DNA of 64,000 nt, from the NCBI GenBank assembly GCA_049968235.1, contig JBMFRC010000007.1, forward strand, positions 1 through 64,000. The letters run 5' to 3'. This DNA is from Candidatus Hydrogenedens sp. GTDB taxonomy: Bacteria > Hydrogenedentota > Hydrogenedentia > Hydrogenedentales > Hydrogenedentaceae. Below the pieces are notes generated by a model that ran no database searches, had not been told where the DNA came from, and saw only the letters and a list, made by a program, of their open reading frames with translations. Below are positions 1-9,213 of this stretch, one piece after another (the first letter of the stretch is position 1; every line of letters begins with the position of its first letter). Position numbers and translations under genes: made by a program.

Positions 1-2
1 CA

Positions 3-443
3 AGCATTATAGCCAATCCCCAATTTCTAAGTCCTGAAAAAGATGACTATTGGATTAATATAGGGTCAATTGCATTAAAAAATCTAAATTTCCAACAAAT
101 ACCTATTAGTAAAATCGGATGTTATTACAATGAATTCCGTCGCTCCTGGCCCATCGAAAAACCAACCTCACAGAAATTAAGAAATCGCAAAGTCTGGACC
201 GTCAAAATCGTTGATAATGAATTACAAGTAACATCTGAAGAATTCAAACCTCTTATAACAGAAGAGACACAACAAGAATTCAATATAGAGAAATTCGTAG
301 CACCTATGTTGACGCCCGGCGGGGGCCCAATAGAACAAGCCCCCATATCCCCACCTGCAGAAATAACTACTCCACAGGGTGGAGGTATGGAAAGTGGTGG
401 ATTTGACCCGATGAAATCTTTACCTCCTTTTCCAAATCCATAG
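3..443 (+). CDS. 3' portion of a gene that starts upstream of the window; product unknown. C-terminal tail is Pro/Gly-rich and low-complexity (…PGGGPIEQAPISPPAEITTPQGGGMESGGFDPMKSLPPFPNP).
   Basis: I translated frame 3 by hand: 147 consecutive sense codons run from the window edge to the TAG at 441-443. That is improbable by chance in AT-rich DNA. The ORF is absent from the supplied track only because it has no in-window start codon. Confidence 0.4.
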   Translation, partial: SIIANPQFLSPEKDDYWINIGSIALKNLNFQQIPISKIGCYYNEFRRSWPIEKPTSQKLRNRKVWTVKIVDNELQVTSEEFKPLITEETQQEFNIEKFVAPMLTPGGGPIEQAPISPPAEITTPQGGGMESGGFDPMKSLPPFPNP

Positions 444-452
444 GTTTATGAT

Positions 453-1334
453 ATGACGATAAACCCTTTAATAAAAACAGTATATTATGACAGTGACAGG
501 CAAAAATCCGTCCTTCAAGTTCCTTTTGACCTAATTCGTGCTCGAGAAATACTCTGGGGGCTTGTTTGGCGTGAAATAAAAGCCCGCTATCGTTATGCAG
601 TATTAGGATTTTTATGGGCTATCATCGAACCTGTTACCTTAATGCTATTACTCCTTTTCGTGTTTTCTTTCGTTTTCAAACAACGCATTCCATCATCAGG
701 GAATTCCGAAATTCCAATGGCAACTCAAATTTTGTGTGGATTAATTTTCTGGCAATATTTTTCTTCTTCTGTATCGAGTGCAACATTATCTCTTATCAAC
801 CATCAAAATTTAGTTAAAAAAGTTTCTTTTCCTCGTGAAGTAATACCTCTCTCCTCTATTATTTACCCTATTGTAAATTTATCTATTGGTTTTATAACAT
901 TAATATCTATACATCTCCTATTACAAAAAACGATATCTCTACATATTTTTTGGATAGCAATTATTTTTCCTATTTTATTCATGTTTTCCGCTGGATGGGG
1001 CTTTATCCTTTCTGCTGGACATATACATTTTAGAGATATAGGAAACATGGTTAATGTAGGTTTAACTTTTGGTTTTTACGCTTCTCCTGTTTTTTATCCG
1101 TTAGAATGGGTCCGTCAAGCATGTGATAATCAATCACTTCCTCAATGGTTTTATTACCTGTATATTTTAAATCCCATGGTAGGAATACTAACCAATCTCC
1201 GGGAAAGCATTCTTTATGGGAAAACACCTCAATTCTCTTTTCTGATATACTCCGCAATAATCAGCATTATTTGTTTTCTTATTGGGATATACATTTTTAG
1301 AAGGCAATCTGCAACCTTTTCGGATTATTTATAA
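453..1334 (+). CDS. wzm: ABC-2 type polysaccharide/O-antigen export permease (Wzm-like)
   Basis: 293 aa with about 6 predicted TM helices. Lies directly upstream of, and abuts (1334/1335), an ABC ATPase. N-terminus has the typical RYR/YAVLG ABC-2 motif (WREIKARYRYAVLGFLW). Confidence 0.75.
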   Translation: MTINPLIKTVYYDSDRQKSVLQVPFDLIRAREILWGLVWREIKARYRYAVLGFLWAIIEPVTLMLLLLFVFSFVFKQRIPSSGNSEIPMATQILCGLIFWQYFSSSVSSATLSLINHQNLVKKVSFPREVIPLSSIIYPIVNLSIGFITLISIHLLLQKTISLHIFWIAIIFPILFMFSAGWGFILSAGHIHFRDIGNMVNVGLTFGFYASPVFYPLEWVRQACDNQSLPQWFYYLYILNPMVGILTNLRESILYGKTPQFSFLIYSAIISIICFLIGIYIFRRQSATFSDYL

Positions 1335-3455
1335 ATGATGAATGAACCTATTATAGAACTAAAAAACATTTCTAAAGAATATCCTATACGAAGGGGGTTT
1401 CGCGACCTCCGAGGACAGGGTGGTTTGTTGGACTGGATTCGGGGGAAAACAACAGAAAAATTCCGTGCCCTTGATAATATTAACTTTGATATTTATCGTG
1501 GAGAAACGGTTGGAATTATAGGGAAAAACGGTTCCGGTAAAAGTACTCTTTTAAAGATTATTGCTGGAGTTACAATCCCCACAGAAGGAAGAGTTCGCGT
1601 TTTTGGCAGAGTAGCATCATTATTAGAATTAGGTGCTGGATTTCATCCTTTACTTACAGGGAGAGAAAATATTTATCTCAATGCAGGTCTATTAGGGATG
1701 CGTAAAGCACAGGTTAATGAAGTCATTGAACAAATTATAGACTTTTCAGGTATACGTGAATTTATTGACCAGCCTGTTGATACATACAGTAGTGGTATGT
1801 ATGTTCGTATCGGTTTTGCAGTTGCCTCCTTTGTAAACCCGGATATATTTCTTGTGGATGAGGTATTGTCTGTAGGGGATGAAGAATTTCAACGCAAATG
1901 TCGTTATCGTATAGGGGAACTTCGGGAACAGGGAAAAACTATTGTTTTTGTATCCCATGACCTTGGCACTGTTAATGCTTTATGTAATCGTGTTTTTTTA
2001 CTTGACCATGGAAAATTAATAAACCGTGGTTCTGTATCAGCCACTATTGATTTTTATTTGAGACAGGTTGGTAGAGCAGAAGGAATACACACTATTTCAA
2101 ATGACAGGGAAAATCTTGAAGCCATTTTTAGTCATGGGAAAATCTCTTTGTTTTATTCCAAAAAAGAAATTACATCTCCACTAGGTATAGAAGGGATAGT
2201 TGTTCATCTTCATCAAATCCATAATTCATCTATGGGAGATTGGTCTGTTTTAGAGAGAGAAAAACAAACATTCGTTAGTAGTGGAACTTTATACCGTTTA
2301 CCATTACAATGGGAATGGAAAGCAACCGTAGAAAATAATTCACTTCTCTTATCACCTTCCTATAAATTGTTAAAAGAAATCCCTTTACAGGCATTAGAGT
2401 TTCGTATTTTTCTACCGGAGGTATATGACCATTTCTTTTATGCAGGTAATGAAGGTAAGTTTGCTCCTATTCTGCCCGGAAATTTAGGTTGGGTTCCTAT
2501 GGTCCCTCCTAAAATAGGTGAAAATTCTGCATTTTTACTATGTAATCATGCAGACTACCCTCTTTTGAAGATAGAGTTTGAATCCAGTGAACCCGGGATA
2601 TCTATTACAATAGGCAATACAGATTATATAGGACGTTCACGATTTATTAATTGTCATCTCCAGATTCCGGAAACAAGCAATCTTCAGAAATTCGGGACAC
2701 ATTCTATCGGCAACATTAAAATTTCCATCGCTACAAAAGAACACTATGAGTCATGGAAATCTTTATGGCTTCAACAAAGGACCATACATTTAAAACACAT
2801 CGAGATTCGATTAGGTGAGGGAAATATTGAATTTATAGATAAAAATACAATGAAACCTATTACTCAGGCGGTACATTTTCACACACAATTTCGTCTTCAG
2901 GGAATGTGGTTCCTGAGCCAGACATTTCTATGGAAAGCACCTTATAAAAAAGGCGATACATGGATAATGGAAGGGGAATCTCAACGCTTCCCTATTAAAT
3001 TAAAATGGGAGTTAACACCTGACCACCAGACCGATTGTCTTAATACTAAAATATGGTGCGAAACTATGGAAGAAATTGATTTAGACGAATACAATATTTC
3101 AGTAGGGTTGGTTTATATATATAATCAATGGGAAACAAGTTTGGAAAAGGGGCTTTTCCCGGAAATTTTACCTCAACAAACTGAATATCGACATTTAAAT
3201 AAAAATTACAACCCATCTCTTTATATAAAAGCACAGGGAGAATATTTGCCATCAATCTGTCTTTTCACTCATCAAGAAAACACCTTCCGGATGAGTGCTA
3301 TTAACCCTGAATACTCTTTAAGCGCAAGAATAATTCAGGCTATTGCCACTCCTGAACAAAAATCTATATTTCACTTAAATACAGGTACTCATTTTTTGTT
3401 TAATGGTGGTATTCAATTTCAAGTGAAAGAAAATATGAATCAGGATGTTAAATAA
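1335..3455 (+). CDS. wzt: ABC transporter ATP-binding protein (Wzt-like) with an approx. 450-aa C-terminal extension of unknown function
   Basis: Walker A GKNGSGKST. ABC signature YSSGMYVRIGFA. Walker B IFLVDEVLSVGD. H-loop SHD. N-terminal ABC domain is about 250 aa and the rest has no ATPase motifs. Confidence 0.85.
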   Translation: MMNEPIIELKNISKEYPIRRGFRDLRGQGGLLDWIRGKTTEKFRALDNINFDIYRGETVGIIGKNGSGKSTLLKIIAGVTIPTEGRVRVFGRVASLLELGAGFHPLLTGRENIYLNAGLLGMRKAQVNEVIEQIIDFSGIREFIDQPVDTYSSGMYVRIGFAVASFVNPDIFLVDEVLSVGDEEFQRKCRYRIGELREQGKTIVFVSHDLGTVNALCNRVFLLDHGKLINRGSVSATIDFYLRQVGRAEGIHTISNDRENLEAIFSHGKISLFYSKKEITSPLGIEGIVVHLHQIHNSSMGDWSVLEREKQTFVSSGTLYRLPLQWEWKATVENNSLLLSPSYKLLKEIPLQALEFRIFLPEVYDHFFYAGNEGKFAPILPGNLGWVPMVPPKIGENSAFLLCNHADYPLLKIEFESSEPGISITIGNTDYIGRSRFINCHLQIPETSNLQKFGTHSIGNIKISIATKEHYESWKSLWLQQRTIHLKHIEIRLGEGNIEFIDKNTMKPITQAVHFHTQFRLQGMWFLSQTFLWKAPYKKGDTWIMEGESQRFPIKLKWELTPDHQTDCLNTKIWCETMEEIDLDEYNISVGLVYIYNQWETSLEKGLFPEILPQQTEYRHLNKNYNPSLYIKAQGEYLPSICLFTHQENTFRMSAINPEYSLSARIIQAIATPEQKSIFHLNTGTHFLFNGGIQFQVKENMNQDVK

Positions 3456-4418
3456 ATGAATGAAATCAAAACTTCGGTAATTGTTCCTGCATATAATGAC
3501 CATAATAGGCTAATACACCTTCTTCATTCATTGGATTCATTAGAATACGAAAAACCGTATGAAGTTATTGTTATTGATGATGCTTCTACGGATGCAACAC
3601 CCGAAATATGCCAGAACTGGGCGAAACAATGGCATCTCTATGAATTCAGGTATTACCGTATGCCTGAGAACAGAGGTCCCGGCGTTGCTCGTAACACAGG
3701 ACTGGAAATATCTCGTGGAGATATTGTTGCATTCACAGATTCCGATTGCAGGGTTCATCCCCACTGGTTAAGCAGAATTACCTCTGCAATCAATATCGAG
3801 AAAAGAATCATTGGAGTAGGTGGTAGAGTAAAAGCAGTATCTGAAAAATCTATGTTTGCACGACATTTTTTATTTCATCGTGTATTAGAACCTCCCGAAA
3901 AACTTCACTATCTTGTTACCTGTAACTGTGCTTTCTTAAAAGCACCCTTGCTCGAAGCAGGTGGGTTCGCAGGTAATATACGTAATCCTGGTGGGGAAGA
4001 TATTTTCGCCAGTATTCACCTGTGGAAAAAAGGATGGCGTTTCTCTTTCCAACCCGATGCTATTGTATACCACGACTTTGATACTAATCTTCGTGCCTTC
4101 ATTAGAACATGGTATAACTATGGTTTCGGTTGTAGTATAGTAGTTCATCGTTGCTTGAACATAGATGAAATCTACCCGAATCCGGAACAAATGCCCGATT
4201 ATGAAAATTACTGGCCTGGCTATCTTATGCTTCCACCTATAACAGGTATCCGTAGCGGTATTCGTGATATGAAATATCAATGGAACAAATGTAGGCAAGA
4301 AAAACTATCCTACAAAAATACTTTTGAAATTCTGCTACTTACCCTTTTCCAGCGAATATCACACCTTTCCGGCTGGAAAGAAGGAAAAAAACAAGTTCAA
4401 AAAGACAACCCATCCTGA
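3456..4418 (+). CDS. Family 2 glycosyltransferase (GT-A fold)
   Basis: N-terminal VIVPAYN…VIVIDDASTDAT. DxD-like TDSD. Start abuts the wzt stop. Confidence 0.8.
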   Translation: MNEIKTSVIVPAYNDHNRLIHLLHSLDSLEYEKPYEVIVIDDASTDATPEICQNWAKQWHLYEFRYYRMPENRGPGVARNTGLEISRGDIVAFTDSDCRVHPHWLSRITSAINIEKRIIGVGGRVKAVSEKSMFARHFLFHRVLEPPEKLHYLVTCNCAFLKAPLLEAGGFAGNIRNPGGEDIFASIHLWKKGWRFSFQPDAIVYHDFDTNLRAFIRTWYNYGFGCSIVVHRCLNIDEIYPNPEQMPDYENYWPGYLMLPPITGIRSGIRDMKYQWNKCRQEKLSYKNTFEILLLTLFQRISHLSGWKEGKKQVQKDNPS

Positions 4419-4429
4419 CTTTACAATTA

Positions 4430-5641
4430 TTAAACCCTTCCAGTGCGGATATATAGCCATTCCTTCACTCGTTTTAAAGCAGAAGCAAAACCTTCTTTTT
4501 TAACTCGGTTCAGAAAGCGAACTGTTAATAAAATTGGATTTTTTGCACTCTTCTCCCCCCTTATTTTTAATTCTTTCCTGATATTTTCACTACGTTGACG
4601 AAGTTGTGAGGGACAATTGAGACAAATTTCAGGAATATTATTCTTTTTTTTCTGCAATTGCACCCTGATTGTGGTAAAAAAAGGACCCTTCCATATTTCA
4701 GATAAAGAAGAATCATGAACCGATGGATTGTCCTTATTCCAGAACATACAACAAGGACTGACTCTTCCATCAGCAGAAATGGTCATTGAGAGCATGGGTT
4801 CAAAACAATAAGTATCTACAAAATGGATAGTCTTTTCATTGTTTAAATCATCTTTATTCTCGCCCTCATCGGACCTATTGTTTATTCCTTCAAAACTTCC
4901 AAGAATAGAATCAAATGTATGATAAAGCCCTACACTTTCCGCTTTTGTTTTTGCAGATAAAAGTATCTCCTTGCATCTCTCTATTTCTTCCTTTTCCAAT
5001 ACAAATTTTTCCGCTTGTTTATTAAAAGGTTGTACCAATGTAGCATGAATACCTCCACAACCTGCCTCTAATGCCAAACTGACCATTTCTTCTAAATATA
5101 GATAGTTTGTATTTGTTATCGTGAAATTAATTCCCAAATCGGGAAGCAACTTACTCCTGTTCTGGCTAATATACTTCAAATTTTGAAATGCTTTATCAAA
5201 AGTTCCTTCCCCACGGATAAAATCGTTAACATCCGGATTAGGACCATCTATACTGAAAATTATCTGGTCCCATTTTAAAGAAATTAGTTTATCCAGTTGC
5301 TCTTTTTTAAATAAGGTTCCATTAGTATGCAGAACACAAAACATTCCATTCTGTTTGGCTAATTCTGCTAATTTTATTACAAGATTCCCGCGCACCATAG
5401 GTTCACCACCTCCCACAATATATAAATGTTTGGCTTCCATCGTGATGGAGTCCTGCAATAATTTCATCCACATCTCATCGGGTAATTCTTTTCCTACTGA
5501 CTTAAAATCATCCTCCCATTGCCAGCAGGTAAGGCATCGCTGATTGCACCGATTGGTAAGAAAAAAAACAATCTCATACAACGGGGATTGCCCTTCAACA
5601 CAATACTGCAATAGATTGGAACACTCCTTCTCGTAAGCCAT
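4430..5641 (-). CDS. Radical SAM enzyme with C-terminal SPASM/twitch-like Cys cluster
   Basis: CNQRCLTC (CxxxCxxC) near N-terminus. GGGEP glycine-rich SAM motif. C-terminal CCMFW…CLNCPS cysteine cluster. Confidence 0.8.
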   Translation of the reverse strand: MAYEKECSNLLQYCVEGQSPLYEIVFFLTNRCNQRCLTCWQWEDDFKSVGKELPDEMWMKLLQDSITMEAKHLYIVGGGEPMVRGNLVIKLAELAKQNGMFCVLHTNGTLFKKEQLDKLISLKWDQIIFSIDGPNPDVNDFIRGEGTFDKAFQNLKYISQNRSKLLPDLGINFTITNTNYLYLEEMVSLALEAGCGGIHATLVQPFNKQAEKFVLEKEEIERCKEILLSAKTKAESVGLYHTFDSILGSFEGINNRSDEGENKDDLNNEKTIHFVDTYCFEPMLSMTISADGRVSPCCMFWNKDNPSVHDSSLSEIWKGPFFTTIRVQLQKKKNNIPEICLNCPSQLRQRSENIRKELKIRGEKSAKNPILLTVRFLNRVKKEGFASALKRVKEWLYIRTGRV

Positions 5642-5751
5642 ATTTTCCTTTCTTTATTCACATAATATTCATCAATTTATATTACACTCTTATTCAATGG
5701 TATACTTTAATATATTATCACCACTATTTGCAGAATTGAATAATAAAAATT

Positions 5752-6816
5752 ATGACAGAAAATTTTTATAATTGGGAACAGATTACTATTTGTGCCACTT
5801 CTTGTTGTAATCTGCAATGCCGAATGTGTCCTGTTATTGTCCGTGACAAAAAAAGTCTTACACGGGAACAGGCATTGCATATCGCAGACTTTGCACTGCG
5901 TAACGAAGTAAAACGAGTTGTTATTGGAGGTGGAGAACCTACTCTATTACCCTATCTAAAAGAATTAATTGACAATCTCTCCCGAAATTCCATAGAAATT
6001 TGGATTCTAACAAATGCAACAAAATTGTCCGAGGAGGACATTCATTATTATGCAGAACATAAAAATGTAATTTTAAATATATCTATTGACGGTGTCGGTA
6101 AAGTTCATGACTACATTCGAGGAGAAGGAAATTTTGAAAGAACAAACAGAGTGTTTTTATCTTTAATAGAAAACGGTGCGAAGGTCGCAGTAAATACAGT
6201 TATTCAAAAAAGTAATTTCAACCATTCTATAGAAACATACGAATATTTCAAAAAGTACCCGCTTGTATGGCACGGTTTTTCTTTTGCAGAAACTTACCAC
6301 CAAAAGGAGTTAGTTCCTCTTGATAATTTGCCAGAAGCCCTAAATCAATTATATGAAATCCTTCAAAGAGATTCATTGGCGAATAAACATGTTTCATTAT
6401 CCCAGGAAATGATAAAAGGCTTTGAATTGAGTTTTCGTTACCCTGACCTTATCATGCATCCGGGAAAAAATTGTCCTATTCCTACTACTCATTTAGGTAT
6501 TGATGAAGAAGGATGGGTTCTTCCCTGCTGGCATTATCCATGGGTAAAAGATAAAAGCCGAAACATAAATAATAGGACCATAGACGAAATCATAGAAAAT
6601 CTGAATATAAAGAAAGAAATTTCTCATGCCATTGGTATTAATGGCTGTAAAGGATGTAGTACTGTATGCTATTTCTGGAATGAAAGGTTTAGAGATAAAG
6701 CAATGTATCCTAAGGGTAGATGGAAATGGCAAAGACGATGGATGTTAATAAAAATGATAACGCAAAATCGCTTTCCTCTTTTATATAATTTAGTCCGAAA
6801 AACAAAAATTTTTTAA
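5752..6816 (+). CDS. Radical SAM enzyme with C-terminal auxiliary Cys cluster (SPASM/twitch-like)
   Basis: CNLQCRMC (CxxxCxxC). IGGGEPTLLP. C-terminal CKGCSTVC. Divergently transcribed from the 4430-5641 radical SAM gene. Confidence 0.8.
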   Translation: MTENFYNWEQITICATSCCNLQCRMCPVIVRDKKSLTREQALHIADFALRNEVKRVVIGGGEPTLLPYLKELIDNLSRNSIEIWILTNATKLSEEDIHYYAEHKNVILNISIDGVGKVHDYIRGEGNFERTNRVFLSLIENGAKVAVNTVIQKSNFNHSIETYEYFKKYPLVWHGFSFAETYHQKELVPLDNLPEALNQLYEILQRDSLANKHVSLSQEMIKGFELSFRYPDLIMHPGKNCPIPTTHLGIDEEGWVLPCWHYPWVKDKSRNINNRTIDEIIENLNIKKEISHAIGINGCKGCSTVCYFWNERFRDKAMYPKGRWKWQRRWMLIKMITQNRFPLLYNLVRKTKIF

Positions 6817-6837
6817 AACATTAACATTATTATAGAT

Positions 6838-9189
6838 ATGGACGATTTAACATTGCATTCAGTAAAAATTTTTCCACCTACACGTGGATTTCTTTTCCAT
6901 ACCAATCATTATGATGAAATAATTCCCTTAGAAGACTTAAAAAAATGGGGGCGTATTCAATATGACCAATTCAAAGTAGAAAAAATTGATTTCTTCTCTG
7001 AGATTGACGATAATCTGAAAATACTGTCGGATTTAAGCAATTTTACAAAACAAGAATTTCAATGCAAAATATCCTGGGGAACAACCCTTTCTGAGCCTCC
7101 ACAAAATATTGAAATATTCAAAGAAGCTGGAATTTTAGACATTTTTCTGCTTATATCCAATCATACACAATCACAAATTTATACATGGATAAAAACATGT
7201 CAAAAATTAGATATACCTCTAAGAATATATTCTTCCATTTCCTATCTATTAGAGTTGAAACCATTTATAGAAATAGAATCTTTTAAATCTGTGGCATCGG
7301 TCGTTTTATTTGAAACATTTCCTTTCTCCAATAAATTCAAAAAATCAAACATACTTGCTAAGGAACAGATAAAAAAAATAAATGAACTCGTTCAGAAATT
7401 AATTCATTCACAAATTCCTTTGAGTATACTTGGAATACCCTTCTGCGTATTAGAATCTCTATATACTGCTTGTATTGTAAATTCTTCTCAGTTCTACGCA
7501 GATTCCGATTTTTACACACAACCTGCATTTGAATTTGCTCAAATGTTATGGAAATTCCGCACATACAAGATTCGCAAAATATTAGAAATGAAGTTGAGAG
7601 AAAAAATATCATTTCATAGCGGTATTGATAATATAGTCCTCCCCTGGATATTAAATCATCCCGCATTATACATTCCTCTCTGGGCATGGCATAAACTCAC
7701 ACGACACTTAAAATGGCGAAGAAATTATGAAACACTCCCCGAAAACACGAACCAGATAGAACAGCGGATAATTTACGAACAAAAAAAGAAAGAAAAGGAA
7801 TGGGGAATTTGTTCAAACTGTTATCTTAGATACATCTGTGATAAAGGAAATAATCCTTTTTGGGTATCACAGTTTGAACTTAAACCATCTTCGGGAAATC
7901 CCATTAGAAATCCTCTTTTCTTTCGTATTCATGCATTTCGATACTCCATGCAAACCGATTATGAAAAGCGTTCTCGATTCTCAACATTGGAACAACTTTA
8001 TGAAGAAGGTATTCAAATTACACTACATCATAAACCCTGGAAAGAAATTGCTCCTGAGGATTATGAGATTGAAAATCGAATGACCCATTATATGCCCGGA
8101 GCAGTCCGTTGGTTCTCTTTTAATTGTGGCGAATTACAAAGTACCCCTCTTTGTAAAACAGAACCACCCCTAACAATTTCTATCACTTTTGGAGGTGGTT
8201 TTGCAGAGCAAATCGGGTTTAGTTTCGGACCTCATATAAAAATTGTTTGTCCGATGATAGCCCAAAGTCATAAACTGACATTACATATAAATGAAAAAGG
8301 GCATTATATACTTATTCGAGATAAAGAAATTGTTTATCCTACAGAATTCTTTAATGCTTCATTAGTCCCACCAAGATTACCCCAGAAATTAGAGCCTCGT
8401 ATATCTATCTGGAATATTGATGGAGAAATTGTCACCCAGGGAATAACCTTATGGAAACCTGAAAAAGAGTCCGAGCAAATCAAAACAACTAAACCTAAAT
8501 TCTCCTTTTTATATGTTTGCTCTCGATATTCAAATCGTCTGCGGGCTTCTTTATTAAGCATTGCTCATCAAAAACAATTTGATTTAAATCAGATAGAAGT
8601 CGTTGTTGCTTATGTTCCTGATTTAGATGCCACTGATGATGTCCTTGACTGTTTTGAATCTACTTTCCCCAATATCAAAGTTGTTCGTTCTCCTTTCAGC
8701 CCAAGTTACTGGAAATCGAAAGGTTTCTTAATCAATGCTTCTTTGCCGTTATGCTCTGCTGATTGGACGATTTTAATTGATGCGGATATCATTCTTCATC
8801 CTGATTTTCTTTATACGATGGATAAAATTGAACCTGACATTTACTTCGTTGCTCCGGATGGCAGAAAAATGTTGACTCCGGAAATCACTTCCCAGATACT
8901 GTTAGGACTTATCCACCCATGGGAACAATTTAATACCCTACTTGAAGGACCCGGTGAATGGCGAAGAAGAGAGGCCGATGGGATTCCTATTGGATACTGC
9001 CAATGTTGTAGAAAAGAAGTCTTTCAAAAAATACAATATCCTGATTTTAACCATTTTGAAGGTGCGGATTGGTTTTTTGGAAGGTCTGTCGTGGAAATGT
9101 TCGGACCTGAACATCGTTTAATAGGCGTTCCCGTCCTTCATCTTGACCACGGTGGTAGCCAATGGTATGGTTCACAAAAACATCGCTAA
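6838..9189 (+). CDS. 783-aa multidomain protein. The N-terminal region lacks the radical-SAM Cys triad but has a SPASM-like CSNCYLRYIC segment. The C-terminal approx. 220 aa is GT2-like (GT-A, DAD motif).
   Basis: C-terminal FSFLYVCSRYSN…VVVAYVPDLDATDD…ILIDADIILHPDF resembles a GT-A glycosyltransferase. No CxxxCxxC anywhere in the protein. Confidence 0.45.
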   Translation: MDDLTLHSVKIFPPTRGFLFHTNHYDEIIPLEDLKKWGRIQYDQFKVEKIDFFSEIDDNLKILSDLSNFTKQEFQCKISWGTTLSEPPQNIEIFKEAGILDIFLLISNHTQSQIYTWIKTCQKLDIPLRIYSSISYLLELKPFIEIESFKSVASVVLFETFPFSNKFKKSNILAKEQIKKINELVQKLIHSQIPLSILGIPFCVLESLYTACIVNSSQFYADSDFYTQPAFEFAQMLWKFRTYKIRKILEMKLREKISFHSGIDNIVLPWILNHPALYIPLWAWHKLTRHLKWRRNYETLPENTNQIEQRIIYEQKKKEKEWGICSNCYLRYICDKGNNPFWVSQFELKPSSGNPIRNPLFFRIHAFRYSMQTDYEKRSRFSTLEQLYEEGIQITLHHKPWKEIAPEDYEIENRMTHYMPGAVRWFSFNCGELQSTPLCKTEPPLTISITFGGGFAEQIGFSFGPHIKIVCPMIAQSHKLTLHINEKGHYILIRDKEIVYPTEFFNASLVPPRLPQKLEPRISIWNIDGEIVTQGITLWKPEKESEQIKTTKPKFSFLYVCSRYSNRLRASLLSIAHQKQFDLNQIEVVVAYVPDLDATDDVLDCFESTFPNIKVVRSPFSPSYWKSKGFLINASLPLCSADWTILIDADIILHPDFLYTMDKIEPDIYFVAPDGRKMLTPEITSQILLGLIHPWEQFNTLLEGPGEWRRREADGIPIGYCQCCRKEVFQKIQYPDFNHFEGADWFFGRSVVEMFGPEHRLIGVPVLHLDHGGSQWYGSQKHR

Positions 9190-9213
9190 TAAACATTATC
9201 GGATTATCAACAA

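Noticed and set aside
614-817. 67-aa alternative-frame ORF inside wzm
   Set aside because: It overlaps the permease gene in another frame with no independent support.
4300-7000. Search for a RiPP precursor peptide next to the radical-SAM/SPASM genes
   Set aside because: No small ORF with a plausible leader/core is visible in the supplied track (60 aa or more) or by eye in the 110-nt divergent intergenic region. I cannot exclude peptides shorter than 60 aa without a dedicated scan.
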